DNA from: Faecalibaculum rodentium
GTDB taxonomy: Bacteria; Bacillota_I; Bacilli_A; Erysipelotrichales; Erysipelotrichaceae
Reading direction: 5' to 3'
NCBI RefSeq assembly: GCF_001564455.1
Contig: NZ_CP011391.1
Coordinates: forward strand, 930,001-962,000
Length of the DNA stretch: 32,000 nt
The notes below the pieces were generated by a model that saw only the letters and a program-made list of their open reading frames with translations, did no database searches and was not told the DNA's origin. This document shows positions 9,346-17,274 of this stretch, in pieces (position 1 is the stretch's first letter; each line of letters opens with the position of its first letter). The translations under genes and the position numbers were made by a program.

Positions 9346-10402
9346 GAGATCTCCCTTTCTGGATAATGAGGCCCTTTTCGCAGGGCGATGTCAGGACGCT
9401 GTCATACAGCTGCGCGGTTTTGTTCTCCACTTCTTTCAGAAAAAGGGGAAGCTGCGCAAATTTCAGACAGACCAGTTTTTTCTGTTCTTCACTCAGGCTG
9501 GCAAGCAGGGCCTGTCCTGTCTGATTGAACCCGGCAGGAATCACATGATAAAACGCATCATGTTCCCTCATCTGTTCCCACGTCACCTGCAGCAGGATCA
9601 TCAGACAGGTCCGCTGAATCCTTGCCCGGGAATAGGTCCGGGAGATGGCTGATTCCAGAAATTCCTCCCAGGTCCGGTGAGTGCGGGCAGACTGTGCCAG
9701 ACGGTATTCGATTCCTTCCGTTACCAGGAAAAAGTCCTTCAGCCGGCCCGGTGCAGTCATGAGCAGAGACAGACGAAGAAACGGATAATAGGATTCCCAC
9801 CGCTGCTGTGCAAGCATACAGTCTGCCTGGTCGACCGGCTGACCGTCAAAGAAGGCGCGGCGGCTGGCCGTTGCACTGATGAATCCCGGATCCCTGGGGA
9901 TCGTTTTCCAACCGATTCCCAGGCGCCGGCACTGTCGTATGTATTGTATACCCAGAATGTCATTGGGCTGCAGGGCCGGCAGGTTGCGGGCCTGGCTGGT
10001 GGTGGGGTCCGGCATGATCTGCCCGGTTTCATCAGCCAGTTTTTCCAGCAGCCGGTCGTCATGACACTCCGATCCGAACACGATCGTGCTGACACCCAGC
10101 ACCGACAGAGATTCCATTGCATAGCGGGCAAAATGATCTGCAGACTGTGCTGCATAGACTGCCGGCAGTCGAATGACCAGATCAGCTCCATGATCCAGTG
10201 CCAACCGGGTTTTGTCCTGCCAGGTCATCAGCGAAGGCAGTCCCCGCTGACTGAAATAATCCGACACGATGCAGACCAGACAGTCACAGTTTGTCAGTGC
10301 CCGTGCCTGTCTGAGATGATGTGCATGTCCTTCATGGAATGGGTTATACTCGGTGATGACGCCGCAAATGTTCAGGCTGCTGTGTTTCATGTCCGCATTC
10401 AT
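9338..10402 (-). CDS. tmcAL: tRNA(Met) cytidine acetate ligase TmcAL (YlbM/UPF0348 nucleotidyltransferase)
   Basis: After the spurious N-terminal extension in the track ORF, the protein reads M(NAD)MKHSSLNICGVITEYNPFHEGHAHHL...SQRG...VFGSE...NDILGIQY. This matches my recollection of B. subtilis YlbM (VVEYNPFHNGHLYH, LQRG, FFGSE, NNILGYQY). The start is ATG 10402 or 10390; neither has a clear SD. Confidence 0.85.
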   Translation of the reverse strand: MNADMKHSSLNICGVITEYNPFHEGHAHHLRQARALTNCDCLVCIVSDYFSQRGLPSLMTWQDKTRLALDHGADLVIRLPAVYAAQSADHFARYAMESLSVLGVSTIVFGSECHDDRLLEKLADETGQIMPDPTTSQARNLPALQPNDILGIQYIRQCRRLGIGWKTIPRDPGFISATASRRAFFDGQPVDQADCMLAQQRWESYYPFLRLSLLMTAPGRLKDFFLVTEGIEYRLAQSARTHRTWEEFLESAISRTYSRARIQRTCLMILLQVTWEQMREHDAFYHVIPAGFNQTGQALLASLSEEQKKLVCLKFAQLPLFLKEVENKTAQLYDSVLTSPCEKGLIIQKGRSHA

Positions 10403-10479
10403 TTTACAGGATGCAAAGGATACAGGAAAGACATTCGCCAGACTGGATGACGTACAGCAAAGAAAAGGAGTTTGGAAAT

Positions 10480-10971
10480 ATGGAAACCATCGAACCGGCA
10501 TGCAGGCAGGACCTGCCAGAAGTGGAGAGACTCTATCGGCAGCTTTGCGATGAGCAGGCGGGCGATCCGTATACACCCATGTGGGAATATGGTCTTCACC
10601 CGGATACGGAGATGCTGGAAAGGCACATCGAAAACGGGGAACTCTGGATTGCGAGAGTGGATGGAATGGCAGCCGGTGCCATGGCTCTCGTGCCGGAAGG
10701 AGGGAACAGGGAGGACCTGGGCCTGCATCTGCTGGGAATTACCAGACAGTTTCGGGGTACCGGCCTCTCGCAGCGGATGCTGGATGTGATGGACCGGGAA
10801 ACCCGGACCGGCGGATACAGAACCCAGGTGCTGGACGTGATTGCAGGCAATATCCGGGCAGAACGGCTGTATAGGCGGCGAGGGTTTGAAATGACCGGCC
10901 GGAGCTCGCTACAGGAAGGAGACCGGCTGCTGCGGTTTCACCTGTACCGGAGAGATATGAAAGAAGGATGA
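10480..10971 (+). CDS. GNAT family N-acetyltransferase
   Basis: ATG 10480 follows AAAGGAG (10464-10470). It has the acetyl-CoA binding motif A (RQFRGTGLSQRML) and the C-terminal motif B region (AERLYRRRGFE). It is divergent from tmcAL. Confidence 0.85.
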   Translation: METIEPACRQDLPEVERLYRQLCDEQAGDPYTPMWEYGLHPDTEMLERHIENGELWIARVDGMAAGAMALVPEGGNREDLGLHLLGITRQFRGTGLSQRMLDVMDRETRTGGYRTQVLDVIAGNIRAERLYRRRGFEMTGRSSLQEGDRLLRFHLYRRDMKEG

Positions 10972-11038
10972 GAATCCGCGGGAGCGCCTTCAGGTCATCT
11001 ATAATGACAGAAACAAAGAGTGTTATAATTTTACGGGA

Positions 11039-11067
11039 TTGAAAGTGGTTACAATACGACCTATAAT
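11039..11067 (+). promoter_or_regulatory. Sigma-A-type promoter for the peptide-binding lipoprotein gene
   Basis: TTGAAA (11039-11044), 17-nt spacer, TATAAT (11062-11067), about 26 nt upstream of ATG 11093. A second extended -10 (TGtTATAAT, 11021-11029) lies just upstream. Confidence 0.55.
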
Positions 11068-11092
11068 GCACCCGAGAAGAAAGGGAGCACGT

Positions 11093-12730
11093 ATGAAAAA
11101 GTATTTTGCTGTGCCTGCTGTCATGACCCTGGCTCTGGGTCTGACAGCCTGTTCCTCCGGTTCCGGAAACACCGGTGCCAAAGACGGAGAGAAACCTGCC
11201 CAGGTGCTGAATCTGTCCAAGGAGAACGATGTCATCACCATGGATTCCACGCTTGCCACAGATGGCATGTCCTTCGAAGTCATCAACATGTGCATCGAAG
11301 GCCTGGAAACCACCAATGAGAACGCCGATATTGTACCCGCCCTGGCGGAATCCTACGATGTATCGGACGACGACCTGACTTATACCTTCCATCTGCGGGA
11401 TGCGAAGTGGTCCAACGGCGATCCTGTGACAGCGGCTGATTTCGAATATGCCTGGAAAGACGCGGCTACAGATCCCACCTGTGACTACGCCTATATCTTT
11501 GGCAGTGACGGAGCCTGCATCAAGGGTGCCGACGAAGCCATGGGCGATCCGGCCAAAAAAGATGAAATCGCAGTCAAGGCAGTGGATGACAAGACCCTGG
11601 AGGTCACACTGTCCCGGAAAACTCCGTATTTTGTGTCTCTGACCACATTCCCGCCGTTCTATCCCGTAAACGAAAAATTCGCGGAGGAACAGGGAGACCA
11701 GTACGGCCTGTCTCCCGACAACCTGCTCTACTGCGGTCCCTTCAAGCTGGATGAATGGGTCAAGGGCAATTCACTGAAACTGAGCAAAAATGCAGATTAC
11801 TGGGGTGCAGATGATGTAGCCCTGGAGGAAATCAACATCAACATCGTGCCGGAGCCTTCGTCGGCAGCACTGGCCTATGAAAACGGAACGACGGACTATG
11901 CCCGCCTGAATTCATCCCTGGTGGACAAGTACAAGGACAACGAAGCCTACAAGTCCGTGCTGGGCAGTTTCCTGTGGTATCTGCAGTACAATTTTGAAAA
12001 CGGGGACCTGCAGAACGAGAATCTGCGCAAGGCCCTGACTTATGCCGTGGACAAGGAGAACCTGACGCAGAATGTCCTGAAGGACGGATCCATTCCGGCA
12101 GAAGGCTTTGTCACCGTAAAACTGGCGAATGGACCGGATGGCAAGGACTACCGCGAAACAGCAGAAGGCTATTTCACGGAAACCGGCGAAGACAGCGAAA
12201 AGCTTGCCCAGGAGTACTGGGAAAAGGCAAAAAAGGAACTGGGCAAGGATGAAATCAATCTGCGGTTCCTGTTTGAACCCTCGGATCCTGCCAAGTCGGC
12301 AGCAGAATTTATCCAGTCGGAACTCTCCAAGCTGGAGGGCCTGAACATTGAAATGGTGTCCCAGGAAAAGAACGTCCGTCTGAAAACCCAGCAGAACGGA
12401 GACTTCGATGTGGTGCTGACCCGCTGGGGACCGGACTATGCCGATCCGACAACGTATCTGAACGTGCTTCTGCCGGGCGGATCCTTCAACTTCGGCAAAT
12501 ATCCCAACGAAGAGTACACCGAGAAACTGAAGGAAGCGGCAGATGCCGATACCGATGAAGAGCGCTGGCAGCTGCTGAAGGATGCTGAAAAGATCGCCAT
12601 GGACGATGTGGCAGTGGGACCGGTGTTCCAGACCGGAGCATCCGACCTGCTGAACCCGAAGGTGAAGCACCTGGTGGACAACCCTGTGGGTGTGCCCTTT
12701 GTCTACAAGTATGTGACCATCGAGGAATAA
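11093..12730 (+). CDS. Peptide/nickel ABC transporter substrate-binding lipoprotein (family 5, OppA/DppA-like), orphan
   Basis: ATG 11093 follows AAAGGGAG. The lipoprotein signal MKKYFAVPAVMTLALGLTAC carries a lipobox (LTAC) and a Ser/Gly linker. Size of ~545 aa and overall sequence resemble family-5 SBPs. No permease or ATPase genes are adjacent. Confidence 0.9.
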   Translation: MKKYFAVPAVMTLALGLTACSSGSGNTGAKDGEKPAQVLNLSKENDVITMDSTLATDGMSFEVINMCIEGLETTNENADIVPALAESYDVSDDDLTYTFHLRDAKWSNGDPVTAADFEYAWKDAATDPTCDYAYIFGSDGACIKGADEAMGDPAKKDEIAVKAVDDKTLEVTLSRKTPYFVSLTTFPPFYPVNEKFAEEQGDQYGLSPDNLLYCGPFKLDEWVKGNSLKLSKNADYWGADDVALEEININIVPEPSSAALAYENGTTDYARLNSSLVDKYKDNEAYKSVLGSFLWYLQYNFENGDLQNENLRKALTYAVDKENLTQNVLKDGSIPAEGFVTVKLANGPDGKDYRETAEGYFTETGEDSEKLAQEYWEKAKKELGKDEINLRFLFEPSDPAKSAAEFIQSELSKLEGLNIEMVSQEKNVRLKTQQNGDFDVVLTRWGPDYADPTTYLNVLLPGGSFNFGKYPNEEYTEKLKEAADADTDEERWQLLKDAEKIAMDDVAVGPVFQTGASDLLNPKVKHLVDNPVGVPFVYKYVTIEE

Positions 12731-12745
12731 AACCAGGAAAGTGAA

Positions 12746-12768
12746 AAGAGCCGGAGCGGCTCTTTTTT
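12746..12768 (+). terminator. Intrinsic terminator after the SBP gene
   Basis: AAGAGCCG-gag-CGGCTCTT (8-bp perfect stem) followed by a T-run, 16 nt after the stop. Confidence 0.8.
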
Positions 12769-12778
12769 CTGGAGAGAT

Positions 12779-12798
12779 GGACTTCTGCAGAGAAGTCC
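12779..12798. promoter_or_regulatory. Perfect 20-bp palindrome (candidate operator) upstream of the amidohydrolase gene
   Basis: GGACTTCTGCAGAGAAGTCC is fully self-complementary. It lies 50 nt upstream of ATG 12849 and has no T-run after it, so it is not a terminator. Confidence 0.3.
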
Positions 12799-12848
12799 TG
12801 AACCGACTGCATCAGAAACGTGAAGTTCGAAACAGCAAGGAGACAGAG

Positions 12849-14231
12849 ATGAAGACAGTCATTACCAATACATTGGACGGCAGTGACATCCTGGTGGATG
12901 GAGACCGCATTGCTGCACTGGGAACACCGGCCATGATCCGGTCCATGGCAGGACCGGATGCCAGGATTCTGGATGTGCAAAAGTCCATGGCACTGCCGGG
13001 GTTCAACGATTCTCACATGCATCTGCGCATGACAGGGCAGATGCTCACCGGATGCCGTCTGGACACAGCCGGGTCCATTACGGAAATCCAGTCGATTCTG
13101 CGCAGCTGTCATGAACCCTTTGTTCATGGTATGGGCTGGGATCAGGAAAACCTGCTGGAAAAGCGCATGCCGGAGCGCCGGGATCTTGATGCAGTGAATC
13201 CGGATATCCCCATTGTCTGCGAGAGATACTGCACACACATCCTCACAGCCAACACAGCCGCCATGAAACTGGCAGGCGTATGGCGGGAGGACGGGATTTT
13301 TCAGGAAGCTGCCTGCGAACCGCTGCTGGAAGCGCTGGACTCACAGGCAGCCAGACACATCCAGGCGGGGGTGGATCACTGCCTGGCCCGTGGATTGACC
13401 ACGGTCCAGATCGCAGACCTCAAAACCGGCAACTGGAGAAAGCTGCTTCCCCTGTACAGGGACGCGTCGCAGCGCATCCGGATCCATCACCAGGTCAATA
13501 TCACCGATCCAAAGGAAATGGAAGACTTCCTGCGGGAAGCGAGGCTGTATGAAACAGATACCCATACCTTCGGTCCGTTCAAGGGCTTTGCAGACGGGTC
13601 GCTGGGAGGGAGGACAGCATGGCTGGGCAGGGAGTATGCCGATGAACCGGGGAACTTCGGGGAGCCCTGCATGACAGAAGAGGAGATGGAAACGTTCGTG
13701 GAAGCCTGCGACAGGCTGAATCGTCCGGTGATTTTTCATGCCATCGGAGATGCTGCGATCCGTCAGGTGCTTGCCGTCTACAGGCGGCATCCGGGCATGA
13801 AGCAGGGGATCCTGCATCTGCAGATCACGGATGAAGCCATTCTGCAGGATCTGGAGCGACTGCAGACAGACTGCATGGTCCAGCCTGTTTTCTGGCGGAG
13901 CGACCGGAATATCGTCGAACAGCGGGTGGGAACACGGATGGCGCGGACCAGCTATGCCTTTGGCTGGATGGCATCCCATGCCAGGGTGAGTCTCGGAACA
14001 GATTGCCCGATCGAAGACTGCGATCCTCTGGAGAATATTCGCTGGGCGGTGTCCATGCCCGGCGGACTGTCAGAAAAACAGGCGCTGACAGCTTATACAG
14101 AAGGAAGCGCCTGGGCGATGGGCCGAAGCCGGGATTTGGGGAAACTGGCACCAGGGTATCTCGCAGACATTGTCTTTGTCCGGGATGGAACGGTGACAGG
14201 TGTCATGGTGAACGGGCAGATGACAGAGTAA
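12849..14231 (+). CDS. Metal-dependent amidohydrolase (amidohydrolase-3 / YtcJ-like)
   Basis: ATG 12849 follows AAGGAGA. The N-terminal beta-sandwich precedes the metal motif LPGFNDSHMHL. Later blocks are HAIGD and a C-terminal GTDCP...D...LAPGYLADIVF, typical of this family. Confidence 0.85.
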   Translation: MKTVITNTLDGSDILVDGDRIAALGTPAMIRSMAGPDARILDVQKSMALPGFNDSHMHLRMTGQMLTGCRLDTAGSITEIQSILRSCHEPFVHGMGWDQENLLEKRMPERRDLDAVNPDIPIVCERYCTHILTANTAAMKLAGVWREDGIFQEAACEPLLEALDSQAARHIQAGVDHCLARGLTTVQIADLKTGNWRKLLPLYRDASQRIRIHHQVNITDPKEMEDFLREARLYETDTHTFGPFKGFADGSLGGRTAWLGREYADEPGNFGEPCMTEEEMETFVEACDRLNRPVIFHAIGDAAIRQVLAVYRRHPGMKQGILHLQITDEAILQDLERLQTDCMVQPVFWRSDRNIVEQRVGTRMARTSYAFGWMASHARVSLGTDCPIEDCDPLENIRWAVSMPGGLSEKQALTAYTEGSAWAMGRSRDLGKLAPGYLADIVFVRDGTVTGVMVNGQMTE

Positions 14232-14276
14232 CAGCCGCCCGCGTATCCGGGGGCCTGAAACCCGCTGAATTGTCCG

Positions 14277-14305
14277 TTGACATTGCCAGAACGGTTTCCT
14301 ATAAT
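14277..14305 (+). promoter_or_regulatory. Consensus sigma-A promoter of the yceD-rpmF operon
   Basis: Perfect TTGACA (14277-14282), 17-nt spacer, perfect TATAAT (14300-14305), 26 nt upstream of ATG 14332. Confidence 0.7.
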
Positions 14306-14331
14306 ATCAGTTGCGACGTGAGGAGAAGAGC

Positions 14332-14838
14332 ATGAAATTTACCAAACAGGATTTCCTGCAGAGTCCGCAGATGATGATCAATGTGGACGAACACATCAAG
14401 GTGGAGGAAAATGACTTCCTCCGGCACAGTCCTGTCCGCTCGATTCCGTCTGCACACATCACCGGCACCCTTTCCTATGACGGCAAGGCCCTGGTGACCA
14501 GTGACCTGGAGCTGGAAGGCACACTGATCGTTCCTGATTCCATTACGGATGAGGATCTCGAAGTGGAGTTCTCCACCCGGTCACAGCACACATATTCCTT
14601 TGAACCCGTGAATGCGGGGGAAGAGGAAATAACGGCAGCCAGGAAAGATACCGTGGATCTGAATCCCGAGATCTTTCAGGCAATCCTGTTCGAAGCGCCG
14701 ATGTCGCTGACCAGACTTCCCAGGGACCAGTATCCCGAAGGAAAGGGCTGGAAGCTCATCTCCGACCAGGATCCGAAAGAGCCTGCCATCGATCCCCGAT
14801 GGGAAAAACTGAACGATTTCAAACTGGAAGATGAATAG
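14332..14838 (+). CDS. yceD: DUF177 / YceD (YlbN) family protein, 23S rRNA accumulation factor-like
   Basis: ATG 14332 follows GAGGAGAAG. The protein is acidic, ~168 aa, with the C-terminal [11 protein letters not shown] motif typical of DUF177. It lies immediately upstream of rpmF, which is conserved synteny. Confidence 0.85.
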   Translation: MKFTKQDFLQSPQMMINVDEHIKVEENDFLRHSPVRSIPSAHITGTLSYDGKALVTSDLELEGTLIVPDSITDEDLEVEFSTRSQHTYSFEPVNAGEEEITAARKDTVDLNPEIFQAILFEAPMSLTRLPRDQYPEGKGWKLISDQDPKEPAIDPRWEKLNDFKLEDE

Positions 14839-14849
14839 GAGGTGCCTGC

Positions 14850-15026
14850 ATGGCTGTACAGCAGAGAAGAAATTCCAAGACCCGCAAGCGGAAAAGACGG
14901 ACTCATTACAAACTGCAGAAGCCCGCACTGACAAAGTGCCCGGCCTGTGGTGAGTACAAACTGTCTCACAAGATGTGCGAATGCGGACAGTATAAAGGCG
15001 AGCAGATCGTCGAAGTCGAAGGATAG
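14850..15026 (+). CDS. rpmF: 50S ribosomal protein L32 (zinc-ribbon type); not in the ORF track because it is under 60 aa
   Basis: Hand translation: [70 protein letters not shown] lies 6 nt upstream. It has the canonical L32 N-terminus and a CxxC...CxC motif. Confidence 0.95.
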   Translation: MAVQQRRNSKTRKRKRRTHYKLQKPALTKCPACGEYKLSHKMCECGQYKGEQIVEVEG

Positions 15027-15031
15027 AACAG

Positions 15032-15054
15032 AAGCAGCTGCGGCTGCTTTTTTT
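15032..15054 (+). terminator. Intrinsic terminator after rpmF
   Basis: AAGCAGC-tgcg-GCTGCTT (7-bp stem) followed by a T-run, 6 nt after the stop. Confidence 0.8.
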
Positions 15055-15110
15055 GTGTGCCTGTCTGCAGCGCCTCTTTTCGTCACGTGCTTCGCCAGAT
15101 GCGCCCTCTC

Positions 15111-15139
15111 TTTTCAAGAAGTCTCTGCAAGAGTATAAT
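15111..15139 (+). promoter_or_regulatory. Candidate sigma-A promoter for rny
   Basis: TTTTCA (4/6 match), 17-nt spacer, TATAAT (15134-15139), 42 nt upstream of ATG 15182. Confidence 0.45.
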
Positions 15140-15181
15140 GAATTTGCTTTGCGGACAGAAATTCGCAGGAGGAGTAAGTAT

Positions 15182-16738
15182 ATGACACTCTTTTTGACTG
15201 CGTTGGCGTCCGTTGTGGTAGGTCTTGCAATCGGGATCCTCGTTATGCGGGGGGTTTCGAAGGCAGGTCTGAACAAAGATCAGCAGAAAGCGGAGCAGAT
15301 CCTGAAGAATGCTGAAAGTCAGGCAGAAGCCAGGATCAAGCAGGCTGTGCTGGACGGCAAGACTCAGGCACACGACCTGAAGGTGGAAGCCGAGAAGGAA
15401 ATCAAGGAAAGGCGGCAGGAAGTGTCCGAACAGGAAACCAAACTGCTGCGCCGCGAGGACAGTCTCAATTTCCGCGATCAGGCACTGGGCCAGAAGGAGC
15501 GTCAGGTACAGGACAAGCTCCAGAAAGTCACAGACAGACTGGCCAGCCTGGATGAACAGGAGCGCCGTCTTCAGGAGCAGATCGATAAACAGATCGTGGT
15601 ACTGGAGGGCGTCGCAAAGATGTCCAGCCAGGACGCCCGCAAGGAACTGTTTGCCGCTGTTGAAAAGCAGATGGAACACGAAACAGTTGCCTACATCAAG
15701 GACAAGGAAGACGAGGCCAAGGCCTCAGCCAACGCGAAAGCCCAGGAAATCATCGCCCTGGCCATTGAGCGGATCGCCCAGCAGGAGACGCAGGAACGAA
15801 GTGTCTCTGTCGTGGCCATCCCCGGTGAAGAGATGAAAGGCCGGATCATCGGCCGTGAAGGGCGGAACATCCGCTGCTTCGAACAGGCCACTGGTGTGGA
15901 ACTCAACATTGACGACACCCCGGACCTGATCACCATTACCTGTTTCAATCCCGTCCGCCGGGAAGTGGCAAGGCTTGCCCTGGAACACCTGATCCGGGAT
16001 GGCCGGATCCAGCCGGGCCGGATCGAGGAAGTCGTGAAGAAGTACCAGAACGAAATCGACCAGGAGATCATGAAAGCCGGGGAAGATGCCATCTTCAAGC
16101 TCGGCATCGGCCGGATCGACCGGGAGATCGTCCGGCTGGTGGGCACCATGAAGTACCGGTATTCCTATGGACAGAATGCATTGCAGCATTCCATGGAAGT
16201 GGCGTACCTGGCTGGTGTCATGGCCGCGGAACTGGGTCTGAACCAGCAGCTGGCCAAACGGGCCGGACTGCTGCATGACATCGGCAAGGCACTGAACATC
16301 GACCAGCAGGAGGGCAGCCATGTGGAACTCGGCTATAAGTTCTGCCGGAAACATGGGGAGAAAGAGATCGTCCTGAATGCGATCCAGTCTCATCACGGGG
16401 ATGTGGAGCCGAAATTCCTGACCAGTCACCTGGTCATAGCGGCAGACACGATTTCAGCCGCACGACCCGGTGCGCGGAAAGAATCCGCACAGGCCTATAT
16501 CAACCGGCTGGAGAATCTGGAAAAGATTGCCAGGGAAGCACCGGGGGTCAGCAGTGCCTATGCCATTCAGGCAGGCCGTGAGATCCGGATCCTTGTCAAC
16601 CCCGACAAGGTGGACGATATCACGTGCACAAAACTGGCGCGGCAGATCCGGGACAAGATCGAGGATACACTGACATATCCGGGGCAGATCAAAGTCAACG
16701 TGATCCGCGAGGTTCGTGCCCAGGAAATTGCGAAGTAA
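15182..16738 (+). CDS. rny: Ribonuclease Y
   Basis: ATG 15182 follows AGGAGGAG. It has an N-terminal TM helix (LFLTALASVVVGLAIGILV), a long coiled-coil, a KH domain (GRIIGREGRNIR) and an HD domain (HSMEVAYLAG...LLHDIGK). The track ORF start at 15053 is an upstream extension. Confidence 0.95.
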   Translation: MTLFLTALASVVVGLAIGILVMRGVSKAGLNKDQQKAEQILKNAESQAEARIKQAVLDGKTQAHDLKVEAEKEIKERRQEVSEQETKLLRREDSLNFRDQALGQKERQVQDKLQKVTDRLASLDEQERRLQEQIDKQIVVLEGVAKMSSQDARKELFAAVEKQMEHETVAYIKDKEDEAKASANAKAQEIIALAIERIAQQETQERSVSVVAIPGEEMKGRIIGREGRNIRCFEQATGVELNIDDTPDLITITCFNPVRREVARLALEHLIRDGRIQPGRIEEVVKKYQNEIDQEIMKAGEDAIFKLGIGRIDREIVRLVGTMKYRYSYGQNALQHSMEVAYLAGVMAAELGLNQQLAKRAGLLHDIGKALNIDQQEGSHVELGYKFCRKHGEKEIVLNAIQSHHGDVEPKFLTSHLVIAADTISAARPGARKESAQAYINRLENLEKIAREAPGVSSAYAIQAGREIRILVNPDKVDDITCTKLARQIRDKIEDTLTYPGQIKVNVIREVRAQEIAK

Positions 16739-16757
16739 GACAGTTTGAACATGGAAG

Positions 16758-16784
16758 AAGGAGGATTTCAATCCTCCTTTTTTT
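16758..16784 (+). terminator. Intrinsic terminator after rny
   Basis: AAGGAGGAT-ttca-ATCCTCCTT (9-bp perfect stem) followed by a T-run. Confidence 0.85.
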
Positions 16785-16821
16785 CATCTGTCTGGAATTA
16801 ATTGAGGCTAACCAAACCCGG

Positions 16822-16850
16822 TTGAAAGAGGTTTCCAAACCTCCTATACT
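16822..16850 (+). promoter_or_regulatory. Sigma-A promoter of the ferredoxin gene with a palindromic spacer
   Basis: TTGAAA (16822-16827), 17-nt spacer, TATACT (16845-16850). The spacer is itself an inverted repeat, GAGGTTT-cc-AAACCTC. Confidence 0.6.
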
Positions 16851-16884
16851 GTTTTTGTCAGAAAAAAACAGGAGGAAACATAGT

Positions 16885-17061
16885 ATGGCAGCAAAAGTAG
16901 ATCAGGATACATGCATCGGTTGCGGTGCCTGCGTAGGCGCATGCCCCACAGGTGCGATTGCACTGAACGATGAAGGCAAGGCTCAGGTTGATCCCGATAC
17001 TTGCATCGACTGCGGTGCCTGCGTAGGCGTATGCCCCGTTGGCGCTGTAACTCTGGACTGA
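16885..17061 (+). CDS. fdx: Clostridial-type 2x[4Fe-4S] ferredoxin (58 aa)
   Basis: ATG 16885 follows AGGAGGAAA. Translation: MAAKVDQDTCIGCGACVGACPTGAIALNDEGKAQVDPDTCIDCGACVGVCPVGAVTLD, with two CxxCxxCxxxCP motifs. The track ORF 16624..17061 over-extends the 5' end across the rny terminator and this promoter. Confidence 0.95.
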   Translation: MAAKVDQDTCIGCGACVGACPTGAIALNDEGKAQVDPDTCIDCGACVGVCPVGAVTLD

Positions 17062-17081
17062 TTCAAACAACAGACAGAACG

Positions 17082-17105
17082 ACCAGGCAGGATGCCTGGT
17101 TTTTT
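17082..17105 (+). terminator. Intrinsic terminator after the ferredoxin gene
   Basis: ACCAGGCA-gga-TGCCTGGT (8-bp perfect stem) followed by a T-run. Confidence 0.85.
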
Positions 17106-17274
17106 CATGGGCTCCGCTGCCGGGCATGGTTGGATGACTCTGCACCCGGGCGCCATCCTGTTTCCGGCTGTTCTTCTTTTCAGACCAAAACGCGGTATAA
17201 TAAAAGACTGAAACAAAACAGAACATAACCGGCTGCGTTCCTGTTCGGAAAACAGCCTGATGGAAGGTGAGACG

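Noticed and set aside
9338-10576. Long N-terminal extensions in several track ORFs: 9338..10576, 11039, 12741, 15053, 16624, 24932, 25080, 29505
   Set aside because: In each case an internal start with a Shine-Dalgarno sequence gives the family-typical N-terminus. The extension would cross a promoter, a terminator or the neighbouring gene.
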